Positions 11,820 to 23,412 of a stretch of DNA of 60,710 nt are shown here, piece by piece; within the stretch, counting starts at the first letter, position 1; each line of letters opens with the position of its first letter. Position numbers and translations under genes: made by a program. The DNA is from Folioceros fuciformis (Eukaryota), in contig JBNGIO010006294.1 of assembly GCA_049999805.1 (NCBI GenBank), forward strand, positions 1-60,710, given 5' to 3'. The notes beneath the pieces were generated by a model that saw only the letters and a list, made by a program, of their open reading frames with translations, was not told where the DNA came from and searched no databases.

Positions 11820-13140
11820 CGGAGCCGGAGTCCTTTTTTCTACTTGGAGATGCTTACAGATATGAAGAATGAAGTCAATCTTGTTCGGTTAGAAATTTTG
11901 CGTCAGTGCAGAAGCAGAAACTGTTAGACTGAAATATACTACAAGGCAGCCATGCGTTGATGTCAGAAGTCCATAGAAAAGACTCCGATCAACTTGCTGG
12001 GCCAGTACCTCCACGGCAATGTGGTAGTGGCAGCCATGTAAGGAATCAGCCAGAAAGCGGCGATCTAGGCAGCCTGAAGCAGGCATTCATGGTTGCAAGT
12101 ACGACACACTACACTGCTAGAGCAGTCTGCGCAACGTAATGCTTCTGCTATTCTGAACCACTCCCGCACTGCTGCCGCTATTCTTGATTACTCTGGTTCC
12201 GATTTCACAACTGCTATCATACGAAAGTCTTTTGTATGTACTTTCAGCACGGGTCGCAGGAAGCGGCGCGCTTGTCACCGAGAAGAAGATTTTAGTTTGT
12301 GTCTTTCTTTAAAAATGGCCGAGGGCCCTACGAGCCTTCCCCCTGCGAACCTGTAGATATGGCAGACGACAAGGCCTTCCCTACGTAGGCCGGGCCCACA
12401 AGGCAGAAGGCCGAAGAGGCTTGCCTCTTACGGACGTGACGACAATCCCGCTCCGCTTCCTAGTTTCAACCTACTGAAGAGAATTGTGCTCCGCCGCAGA
12501 TGGTTTTTGAAGCCTGAAGAGAATCCTCCTCGACTTCTCGTCGTCCTGACATGGATAGTTTTTTAAGCCTGACGACAGTCCTCCACGACTTCTTTTCGTC
12601 GTGACACCATGTGAAGAGAAGCTGCAGTCGCTTGTGCCTGTGCCTCCAACTCAACCAGGACCCTGCAGTCAGTGATCAACAAGGTTGTTCCTACGGTGCA
12701 GCTTCTCACCGACATCCACGCCAATGTGAGAGTCGCAGATGGCCCCACCATGTAGACACATCTACACTATGTTAAGTGCATGCTACATGTCTCCGATCTT
12801 TAGACTGCATACCTGATGTCCCATCCACACAGTACACGGGTAATGCTCTTATTATTCTTAATCACAATGACATGTACACTTACATCTTTTGTACTTAGCA
12901 CGGGTTGGAGGGAGCGGTCTGACTCCTGGTCATTTTAATCTTCACAAAGATCACATAGAGGCATAGAAAAGAGAAATCAAAAGAGCAGGGTCATACCTTG
13001 GTTTCTTCTGGATTTATGCATCATTGATTTAAGTTGCGCTTTCTTGTAATTGAGCATGGCCAACTCACCAAGGACCCTTTACTATGTCAATATACCCTCT
13101 TTTGCTTGCAAAGTTATAGAATTGACCTTAGGCAAACACC

Positions 13141-13229
13141 TTCATTAATCCTTCGTTGTTTTCCAAGTAATTTATTAATTCTTCATTATTTTCCAAGTAA
13201 TTCATTAATCCTTTGTTATTTTCTAGTAA
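13141..13229. repeat. 30-bp degenerate tandem repeat (x3)
   Basis: Units resemble ttcattaatccttcgttgttttccaagtaa. Confidence 0.85.
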
Positions 13230-13515
13230 TGAGTGAGTCTTAACCTGTCATGGAGTGTTTACTTTACTTTCAAGGTTTGGTTTCTACTAGGTTGAATTTA
13301 GCATTCCAAAATACCCATATGCCTTTGAAGGGTGATAGGGCTGGCAAGTTACCTTCCCACCCTGAGGTTTGGTTGATAAACCAAAAGAAAGGTTGTAGAA
13401 GGTTAGCAAAGGTAACTACTAACAACAACAACACCTTTGGGAAATTTAAAAGCTTGATCCCAGCTCAATTAGCATCAAATAGAAGACGCATGATAAAGAC
13501 TTGCACATGATAAAG

Positions 13516-13604
13516 ACTTGTGGATGGAAAAACTTGAAGGAAGTCTTTGTGGATGGAAAAACTTGAAGGAAGTCTTTGTGGATGGAAAAACTTGAAGGAA
13601 GTCT
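13516..13604. repeat. 29-bp tandem repeat (x3)
   Basis: gtctttgtggatggaaaaacttgaaggaa, near-perfect copies. Confidence 0.92.
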
Positions 13605-14551
13605 TAGATGCCTTGTAGATTTAAGGTGAAATGAAGAGGAGGGATAGAGTAGCTAGAGCTCTTGCCAGAGTAGCTGAAGCTCTTGCCTTTGGGAGGTGTG
13701 AGCTTAACGCTTCATTTCATCCCATCCTAAGAGGCATAAGACATCTAGAAAATCCCTCCCATGAATCTTGGCGTTGTAACTCTTTGACAATCTAGAGCAT
13801 GTTCATCCACATCACCTCGGCCTTCCTTCTCTTGGCACCCAAGACTTCCTTCTCCACCCATGAGTCTTTATCATTTGTCAACCAGTATTTGCAAAGACAC
13901 ATACACTGTCGGTTGAGCTGGAAACAGGCTTTTACATTTCAAATAATGTGTCACTGATAGTAGTTACTTTTGCTAACCTTCTTGCACATGTTAAGTCTAC
14001 CACGAGGGTGAGAAGGCAACTTGCCGGCCTTATAGCCCTCCGGCACGTTGCCAGCCTTGTAGCCCTGTAGATGCTTAGAGGCATAAACGTAATTCAATTT
14101 GAAACGCTAAAATCTCTAATACAAAATAAGCATCCCAAAAACCTTGAACTTGTTTACCAACGGGAGGACACAGTACGTACTGACTCGAGCAAATTCAGTG
14201 TCTTACCCAAGGCAACCTCAGCCGCAGCCGCTGTTGAAGCACCACATTTAGAATGGTCGTGCCTGAACTCCCTAGCTCAAAGAGACGACGACAAATTGAA
14301 ATGTGTGACAACGGGGGAGCTCCCTGCAACCGTGCTCAAAGTACAAAACATGTAAGCGTATACGTTTTTATAGGATTAGTGATTGAAGGTAACTGGAGCA
14401 TTACACACAGAGCACTAGCTGTAGCTGTGCATGCCACATTCATGCAACCATGAATTTGGCATGCAGGATGAAGTCCAGGTGTACAGCATGCAGTTCCACA
14501 GTGTAGGTGACGAACTTGCCAGAATTGTGGGGCCATTGCCTTTTTTGGGCT

Positions 14552-14693
14552 CATTCCTTGCATCATCCATCCAGACCATACGGATTTTGTGCTGATTCAT
14601 TGCATCGACCATTCGGGCCGTTTGGATTTTTGTGCCGATTCCTTGCATCGACCACCCGGGCCATTTGCATTTTGGCCTGATTCCTTGCATTGC
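14552..14693. repeat. ~43-bp degenerate tandem repeat (~3.5 units)
   Basis: Recurring attccttgcatcgacca...ttttgtgccg units. Confidence 0.7.
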
Positions 14694-14724
14694 TGCGGCT
14701 GTGTGCCGAAACTACGAGAAAGGT

Positions 14725-15760
14725 AAGCTCCTTGATGTAATTTTCAACTGCGGAGAGGGCTTGACTTGTTCCACCTGCTACGGCAATACACTTCACCATC
14801 ACTATGTCAAATAGGCCCGTTCAGGTGGTGATTCTCTACACCACCTATCAATACATGCACTGCTTCCTCAGCCATTGTGTCCTCACATAATAGAAAGTTT
14901 GTACAGCGAGCCAGGTATGTACTTCGACCGACCGCCCACTCATCGAGTTGCCTCTTGCCCGGCACCGTCGTCCTCGTTTCCAGCAGCCGGGCTGGTTTGG
15001 CGGCGTCTGCCGTCTTCTGCTCATCCACCAACATCAGATTGACTGCTTGTGAACAAGGACAGGTGACGGTTCAGAGTCCCCGTGTATGGGTACGGCAATG
15101 CCACTCAAGCGTTCATGAGTGAAGGGGAGGACGACTCCCCTTGCCAGAAGAAAGCTTCTTGCACTCCCTGCGAATGGCATGCTCCGACTTGATGACCCAA
15201 CGTCAGCAGCACGCTCATCAGCGCAAGAGGTGATAGATACATCATCACGCTCAGCACGCACGACACCAAACATATGCCTATTGCGTATCCAATCCCCATC
15301 CTGAGCAATCCATTCCACCTCCAACTCAAGCGAGTTCCACGCTTTTAGCTCCATGAAGTGACACGATGTACAGCCAGCAAAGCTCAGTAACGGGCGGCAT
15401 GTTTCACCTGCAGCCGCTGATCCACCTCCCGGGAGACCAGATTCGCCATGGCAATGCCAGCTACCATTCCATCGGCTTTCGCCAGGAACTGGGCATCCAC
15501 TTCCACCTCGAGAGATGGTGGCCAAGCAGGTAGCATCACCTGCAGGCGGGAACTAACTAGGATATGCAGGGATCGTCATCTTGCTCAGTTGCTACGCTCT
15601 GAATCCACAGCAACAGAAAAAGACCTGGATCTCCCGCACCCGCGGCAAGGACCAGATTCATCACATGTAGTAGATACTACGTCGGGCCAACAGGAGGTAG
15701 AATGTAGGACCTGGGATACGAGGTCTTGGCTTGCTTTGCACCAATTGAAGCTGAACATCT
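14725..15760 (-). pseudogene. QPT: Quinolinate phosphoribosyltransferase (nicotinate-nucleotide pyrophosphorylase, QPT/NadC) pseudogene
   Basis: Collinear exon remnants: ILPPVGPT*YLLHVMNLVLAAGAGDPG, GDATCLATI/[fs]LEVEVDAQFLAKADGMVAGIA, VEWIAQDGD, ERLSGIA, ADAAKPARLLETRTTVPGKRQLDEWAV, VLIGGVENH/[fs]FDIVMVK..AVAGG. Stop at 15677-15679 plus frameshifts. I could not find the C-terminal exons. Confidence 0.88.
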
Positions 15761-16353
15761 GCTGCAAAGCGCGTACTAAAAGGTGGAGTGCCGCCTCCAG
15801 ACGGGTTTGAAATTCGAACCCGTTGAGGTGGTGATTCAAAGTTTGAATCACAATATCGGCGTTCCAACTTACAAATTGAGCACGGGGTTGCACTTCCGCG
15901 GACCAAACCAGACTTGGCGTAGCAATTGAGTCTGCTCTCCAGATCGGGAACCTACGAGAATGCGTCAACAATCGGGCCCATTCCTGTTGGTGGGAACGAC
16001 ACTGGGAAATGCACAAGCCTCTTGTTCGACTGATGAGCGCCTCCATCCCCGTGGACGAACGCTTTCCTTCCGTCTCCAAACCCTTAGAACGGGCAAAGGA
16101 TTGACCTAATCGAGGACCCTTGGAGAGGGCTAATGGAAGGAATGGCTGGACGAATATTTTGCCTAAACTACTTCCTCCCCATTGTCACGCAATCAAACCT
16201 AGTTGTCGCTGCTGCTTCGAGAAATTGCAGCCTCACACTGCACAAATTTCATAACCGCATACGGCAGACGAGACAATTCGCTCGGGAGCAACACGCAACA
16301 GGACTCCACCAAAAAATGGAGAAACTTAAACAATCGCTGAGAACATCGCTTCT

Positions 16354-19278
16354 TCAGAATTTCAAGATGGCTGCACCTCCGGAGGGCTTTGAAGCAAAGA
16401 GATACAGGTGGAGGTCGTCAGGTTTGATGGTTCCATTTTGGATTCGGGGCTCGTAATACTTCTCCTGCAAAACCAAGGGCTCTCTGTTAGGAAGCGTCTC
16501 ATCTGCCAAGTGGTGATCCATAAGGGGAGTAAGCATGCCTTCAACGCTGTCTCGAAGGAAGAAACATCCTTCTCCTTCACTAGAGCTACGACACAGCCTC
16601 CCCATCCTGCTCCAGTTAGTCTTGCACCCACTGCCCCGCTGGCCCGGCAGACGTTTACAAGTTCCTCTAGCTCGGGACAGCTGACAGAGCAACACCGGAA
16701 AGGGGTCAGAACCAGAGTTAACTTTCATGCTCGCGTGAGATATGCTTTGGGGAAAGAGTACCTGCACTCGTACAACTCGCTGCAGCTCGTGTGGCTCTTG
16801 TTCATAAGGTCACCCAGTCTCTCAAGGACGTCATCCTCACTAAGCACAACCACAGAGGTCACTGATAATTCTAGACGCTTGATCACAACATCAGTTCTGC
16901 CCAAGGAGGACACGCAGCATACGCAGTGCATACACAAGCTAAGTGATGCCGAGCACTACCTGCTACTTAGCTGAACTGCTTTTCGGAACAGGTGGACGCG
17001 CTCGGCTTCAGAATACACATGAGCTGCCCTCTAAAGTGTTGCCAGGGCGATTGAACAAAAGGATCATCCTCAGTCACGACAGAACCAGAGTTGGCCAAGA
17101 GGAGAATTACACTCTGGGACAGACACTATTGTCAAGGCTCACCTGGAAAAGCTTGAAGTTTTTTGCAGCTGATAGGACTGCTAGAGAGCTTGGTGACGAT
17201 GACATGATTGAATCAAGGCTTCTTCCCAGGATAGTTTCTAATTCTGCCCTGGTGTAAGGCTCCTCATGTAGGTTGTCCTGGTAGCAGTAGTCGAATATGA
17301 GGGCTGAAAACATCGTGAGGCAAGAACAGATTGATCGTGGGTGGTAAAGGACTTCAAACCTCATGGAGCCGCTGCTTACTTGAACTGCTAGAAGAGCTCC
17401 GCCAGTACCCCGTGAATCAGAATACGACACACAAAGGCCCTCCACATTCGAGAGTGTGTCCACTGACTTCACTACATCTTCAGCAGACATGCCTAGCTTG
17501 ACTCCTAGAACCATCTGATTCATTGTAACCGGAAATTCAGTGATAGCATCCAAAACTTCCACACAAGGGAGGGAGGGGTGATCACAACAAAAGTAATGTC
17601 ATCCAAAGTAGGATCCGACTTACAGCAGCTAGTCTACACTCGACAACCCGGTTGTTATAATTGGTAGCTGCAGTCACAGCCTTTTTAGATTCTGTGAGAG
17701 AATTGGCAATAACAAACGTGCCACCAGATGGAAGCACGACGTCACTGGCATGAATCGGATCAAAGTCAATCAACTTCGCGACACCTCGTCTGGCCATAAT
17801 GGAAATTGCCTATGGCAAAGACATCGACACAGTCTGTTACGAAAACAATCTGAGTTGTCAATGGAGTGACTTGAGAATGCATTGCATCCCACTCCTTCTC
17901 TTCCCACGAATTTAGTACTCAGAGAAAATTTCAGCTCCTGGTCCCTGACGAGTGCTTGAAATTCGAAACAAGGAACTGTAGTTACCTGATCCATGCCCCC
18001 TGATTGGGTACCAATATGGCGTTCACATTTGCACGCAAATTCTGCAATCTCTTTCTGCCCAAGAACATTATAACGAGCTGGTCAGAATAAGGAAGGAGGA
18101 CACGCTTCCTTGGCCTTCCTAGTATCATAACGTGGTGATCCCAAACCTTGCCACCATCACATTCGCTAACAAGCCTCAACATCTTTGGTATCCGTCCTAG
18201 CATACCTTTGTAATACAAAGACTGTGAACAGCTGATATCGAAACAACTGAAGCACACACTAGCGAAGACGAACTGGATAAGCCTGCTCCTGTGCATAAGC
18301 TGGCATGAAGGGGAGGAGGATGTAAGAGAGTGCACCTTAGTGAAACTGAGACCTAGCGCTGCCATAATTGCAATAGCAGAGGAGCAAACAATAGCTGCAG
18401 AGCTTGATAAACCAGCTCCTGCATGACTTGAATGCACTATGGCTCAGCTCAAATGCCCACGCCAAAACCAAAAGCACAAAACCCAAGAGCAGAAAAGACA
18501 AACCTCGAGGGACAATGCCATCGACCAACAAGTTCAGTCCCTCGTACGACCGCCCAAGATCCCTTAGCTGCTCAAACACTCCTATGTATCTACAGAAGAA
18601 AAGATGTCAGGAATACAGAATTCCAAACTCTGCAAGCACTGAAACGAGCATTTCCAGACGACAATACCAGTCGCTTACCCACACAGTACATAGTTTGCCC
18701 AAACATGGTTCCCTCGATCCACCTCCTACAATAGACCGCTGTTATACCTCTCAATGCATGGAGTCCTGTCGCAATTAATGCCAACAAACAAGGAATTTGG
18801 CGACAGCACGGTGCCCGCACACTAGGAGAGCCCCCACCTGAAGAGGATCTGCAGGAAAGGAATAACTCGGGAAGTCGTCAGCCTCAATGTTGGCCACATG
18901 CAGCTGCGGGATGTCTTCGTCAGAAAACCTGCGCCCGGTGGCCACGATGGTGTCATGGCGAATTGCCATCGGCAGCACCGAGTATCCCTCATAATCGATA
19001 TGCTCTCCGATCAAATTCACCCGCCCTGAACATCGCCACATCACAGGACCCCCTCAGACACGTAGAGGAACATGTCCAAACACGCATGCAGCATTGGTGG
19101 TGTGACAGGAAGCACCTGGCGCTCTAGCAAAGAGCTCAGGCTCCTCCCCGTACGTCTCCTGGAAGCTCTTCTTGAGAAATGCGTACCGCTCCTGCGCGGC
19201 TTCCAGCTCGGGCCCTTCCCCGTACACATCCTCCAGGCGCGTGAAGACAGGCACGCTCTCCTCCTCATCCGACGCCAT
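16354..19278 (-). CDS. GALK: Galactokinase (GHMP kinase, multi-exon)
   Basis: Exons give [70 protein letters not shown] and the end [12 protein letters not shown]. Confidence 0.95.
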
Positions 19279-20074
19279 GGCAGCGCAGACAAACAAACAG
19301 CCCGATCACAGCCCCAGGGAGCGTCCCAGGTCCGTGACAGCAGTCGCACAACTCATGAACCCAACGACGCGAGGCCCAAAACGGACGAATCGACACACCA
19401 GTTTTGCCGTGTATTCTGAATCGATAGAACAGGATTGCGACGAACACACGTCAGCCTTGGGGGGCTAACAATCCAGATACCCGACACAACCTTTCCTTGT
19501 TCCTTCCGTCAGAGGAGGCGCAAGCAGGAAGTGCACGCACTGCGGAGCACGGGCACGCAGAGTCAAGAACATGCGTCGAGTGGAAACTGACATCCATGAT
19601 GTGCCTGCTATTGAAGGCATTCACCGATAGGACGGACCCGCCCTTCTGAAGCCCCGGAATGCTTGACTTTCCGATTGCTCGGGGAACGTTGCCCTCTGCT
19701 GGCCGACCTCGGCACGCCTTTGCTTGAGCACAATTCCCAGCTTCCGAAAGTGGACACCGGGGCCGTCCAGCAATCGGATGGATGCATAGAGAAGATCGTG
19801 GTACGGAAGAGCATGGACGTACGGTACTCCCTGCCTGAGGAGGGAATAGGTCCAATTCCGTTGCCGTCCTACACGAGGCAGGATTTGTCGAGCCATTGCC
19901 GTCCCCTTACAGCTGGGAAGGGAAATCGGGTGTTCCTTCTCCAGTGTTGTCTACCTTTGGCATTGAAACGCACAGCTCCCGCCCGGCTCCGCAAGAGAGC
20001 AAATCAAGAATGAAGAAACACTACGATGACGGTTAGTATGAGGTTGCTGACGGCACTGCCAGTAAAAGCCACAG

Positions 20075-20229
20075 CAACCATTTCTCACGCTTCACCATGC
20101 TCTCCAGCTTCAGGTTTCCATCACAGCCATTGCAACCGCTTCTCATGCTTCCCACCCTCTCCAGCTTCAGGTTTCCATAATAGCGATGGCAACCATTTTC
20201 TCATGCTTCCCACCCTTCCGAGCTTCAGG
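20075..20229. repeat. ~57-bp degenerate tandem repeat (~x2.7)
   Basis: Units resemble gcaacc..ttctcatgcttcccaccctctccagcttcaggtttccat. Confidence 0.8.
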
Positions 20230-20414
20230 CTTACAGCACACGAACAGCATAAAACGCATTGCAGAAAAGGAAACTCCGCAACGATAAACCGCAAGCTTCG
20301 ACCTCAACAGAAGGCACTGCATAGGGCACGCCGGATGCCATCGAACCCAGTCTGCCTGCTCTATCGATTTCTCCTCCATTCTCAGGCCGGCGCTATCGAC
20401 CTCTCTTCCATTCT

Positions 20415-20560
20415 CTGGCCTGCAGGAGGCACCCAAATGTCACAGTATCATGTGGAACCATGGCTTCACCATCCATCGCCATTCAGGGCTTCCTTACCCA
20501 TGCCCTGGTGGGAGTACCCTGCTATCAGACCAGTCCACATCACCACTGTTCGAAATCCAT
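20415..20560 (-). pseudogene. PLS-PPR fragment
   Basis: Minus-strand VVMWTGLIAGYSHQGMGKEAL/[fs]MDGEAMVPHDTVTFGCLLQA, a P-L motif remnant abutting the putative Copia LTR. Confidence 0.75.
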
Positions 20561-20567
20561 AGGGTTT

Positions 20568-21782
20568 TGTAACAACACATCTGGACTAAGAATGCTGTAA
20601 GTATATCCCAGGATATATAGGATAATACCATGTTCCAATATTGTTTATCCATAACAAGGTATTGTCAGAAGGCTATATATGTATGTATATGCTATCAATC
20701 TAAATGTACTGAACCAGAGATAGATCTAGGGACTCACTGTTTTTAATATGGTATTAGAGCCTATGTTTTAGTCCCAAGTTCCTTGGTTTGGGAGCGGCCT
20801 GCATTGACTTGTGTAGGATTATCTTTGCTCCCTTTGTGTTGTGTACAGGGCCATGCAGACTACATGGGAGTCGCCTAGGCCGCATTGACTTGTGTTGGAT
20901 TATCTTTGCTCCCTTTGTGTTGTGTATAGTGCCATGCAGACTACATGTCTGTTGTAAGACCTTGTGCAAGTAGATGAAGCTTGACGTTAGTGCAGGGAAG
21001 TCATCCGAAAAGGACGGGAACATGGAGACACGTCTTCTCGAAACTCGTGTGGTGGAGAAGTTTGGAGGGAAAAACTTCACCTTATGGAATCTGAAGATGA
21101 AGATGCTTCTTATCAAGAAGGGAGTATGGAAGTTCGCTGACAAGGGTCTCGATGTTGCTCCCACAGAGAAAGACTTCGACAAAGATGGACAAGCATTAGC
21201 AACAATCTTGTTGAATGTCTCAGATGACGTTCTCTCTCAATTGAGCAAATGCGCAATGTCACAAGAAGCTTGGATCACGCTCTTGGATCACGCTCTGCTT
21301 TACATACGAAAAGAAAAATATGGTAAGTTCGATGCTGTTGGAACAACAACTTGCGAACTTCACGATGGCCGCAGGCGACACCATCCAGCAACATGTCAAC
21401 AAGTTTAAGACCTTAGTGGACCAAATGAAGGCAATGGACATCAAATTGACCGAGGAAAGGATCCTTGTGGTGTTGTTGTGTAGCTTACCACCAACCTACA
21501 AGCCATTTGTGTCGGCCTTCATGACAACGGCTGCGATGCAATCAAGCGACAAACCGCCGTCGTTGGATGAGGTGGTCGGATTGCTTTTGTAGGAGGAATT
21601 GGAGTTTTCAAACAAGAAAGAGAAGATTGATGACGCCATCCTTTTCACCAAGAAAGGCAAAGTTCAAGTCTAAGGACGAGTCCAAGTCTACAGACAAGAA
21701 GAAGAAGGATGGTAAGAGCTGTACGATGAAAGGATCTTGCTATTATTGCAAGAAGCCAAGTCATCACACCAAAGAATGGGTT
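20568..21782 (+). mobile_element. Truncated Ty1/Copia LTR retrotransposon (putative 5' LTR, PBS, disrupted gag)
   Basis: PBS TGGTATTAGAGC at 20749-20760 (one mismatch to the tRNA-iMet PBS). Gag reads FGGKNFTLWNLKMKMLL...LATILLNVSD...LLCSLPPTYKPF, with a frameshift near 21300 and a stop at 21590. The zinc knuckle CYYCKKPSHHTKE is cut off. The LTR start (TGTAACA, 20568) is tentative. Confidence 0.85.
20801..20947. repeat. 81-bp-period duplication in the Copia leader
   Basis: gcattgacttgtgt(a/t)ggattatctttgctccctttgtgttgtgta..gccatgcagactacatg at 20801 and 20882. Confidence 0.9.
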
Positions 21783-22699
21783 TGTATAATTTTCTTGCTA
21801 CCCTCTTGTCTATTTAGTCAAAAATTTAATCTTGAAGATGTAAATAAATGTATAATATTAATTAATAGTTTGTTGGAGATATTGTTGAAAAATTTTAGAA
21901 CCAACTCGTTGTATACAAATACTAATGTAATTAACCTTTGTTTTAGAGTGTCTCAAGTTGAATTGCGAACACTTATGTCCATTTTAAAGTTTTTTTGTAT
22001 TAGATTGAGTATGTTAACAATTTATAAAATATATTCAACAACTTCAGAGAAGGAATGGGTAGTATTGACCCTTGTATATTAGGTCTTCAGGAATTATGTT
22101 AGTTATATCTTATAATATTATTGTATGGTGAATGAAGATTTTCTAAACAAGATGGTCCACCTATTAAGGAGATAATTTGGGATGGTATTTTTAAAGCTTG
22201 GGAAGACCATCCTTTATGGTAGAATATACCAGATATTTATATTTATATATTATAATTTATTTTATTTTATTTTATTTTATTTTATTTAATATAATGACCA
22301 AGTTTAGCAGAAAAGGCACGATCCATGCTCTGTCTGGGCCTGAGAGTAACAAAGCTACTGACGACTGAAAAAACAGTCGTCGGTGCCGCAGCTGCACAAA
22401 GGTCGTCACTAAATTTTGTACCTTCAATCACATCCCTTAAATTGACCTTCTTACTATAGTTGCAAAAGTTTTCGGGGCATCAGCCCTAAACCTTGGGGTC
22501 GGACTGCATGAGCCGAGCATTCGACACCGATGACTCCAGCGTCGTCATCATCTCGCCGGCGTCCAGTTCCGAAAGCCGCAAGACGACGTCTATGGACGTG
22601 GACGCCACAATCGTGCTTGCGGGATGAGCCGCCGCAGCCACCACCCCGAGAGTGTAGCCCGTGTTGGTCCGCTGCAGCCCCAGCCTGTCCCCCCTGAAG

Positions 22700-23010
22700 C
22701 GTCCAGCAGGCCACTTCCGTATCTGTCCACTAGCTCTGGCCTGGTCGTTTCCATGCTGAGATCCTGCTCTCCTCACCTGCATCTCCTGTGCGTCCTTCCA
22801 CATCTGGGCCCCGGTTTATGTATTGGACATCAACACTTATGCTGCAGCATCTCCCTTGTCTCGCTTTATTGCTTCATGAAAAGCACGGCATCCCAACTCC
22901 ACGTTTTTCCACATTTGACGAGCACCCGACAAAGTGTGCCGAATTACAGCACTAGGCAGTACAGGGATGGCCCTTACCAGAGCTAGTGATTCATCTAGTC
23001 TGCCTGCCCC
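22700..23010 (-). pseudogene. PPR E1/E2 and WW-type PG-box remnant
   Basis: AGRLDESLALVRAIPVLPSAVIRHTLSGARQMWKNVELGCRAF...AAA*VLMSNT*TGAQMWKDAQEMQ../..KRPGQS*WTD is homologous to the C-terminus of the 41037-43910 PPR. Confidence 0.85.
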
Positions 23011-23412
23011 ACTCCTCCAACATTGTAAACGGAACCTCCTTCTTAATCACCTGACCTTCGCGGCCCGAAGCCAACCACGAGCATGCGTTGAAGAGTGTTG
23101 CAGGTGCCCATGCTACAATGCTCTGGGGCTGGTTCGGGTCCAGATGCAGGTGTAAGGTGAATGTGCCAACACTACTTCCTCCAGATGCGGTCCAGCGTCC
23201 AGCCTTGCTGTTCTGCTGCAATTTCGCACGTCCTGAGCACAGCCTAATTGCCCGCTGTTGGGAAGGTTTGAAGGCACTGCCGTGCACCGTCCAGGTCAGT
23301 CCACCAACCCTGGCCTGGCTGCTGTGGAGGCTGTGGGTTAGGGCCCGTAGCGAGGACGCGTTTGTCAGCGGCCTAGTCTTGTCCATGTACCTCCCACAGC
23401 TGTTCCTGGACT

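Noticed and set aside
13516-13604. 29-bp repeats as a CRISPR array
   Set aside because: The repeats are head-to-tail with no unique spacers, there are no cas genes, and the context is eukaryotic.
21783-22082. Continuation of the 171-aa ORF as Copia pol
   Set aside because: After the zinc knuckle the sequence is AT-rich and lacks protease or integrase motifs.
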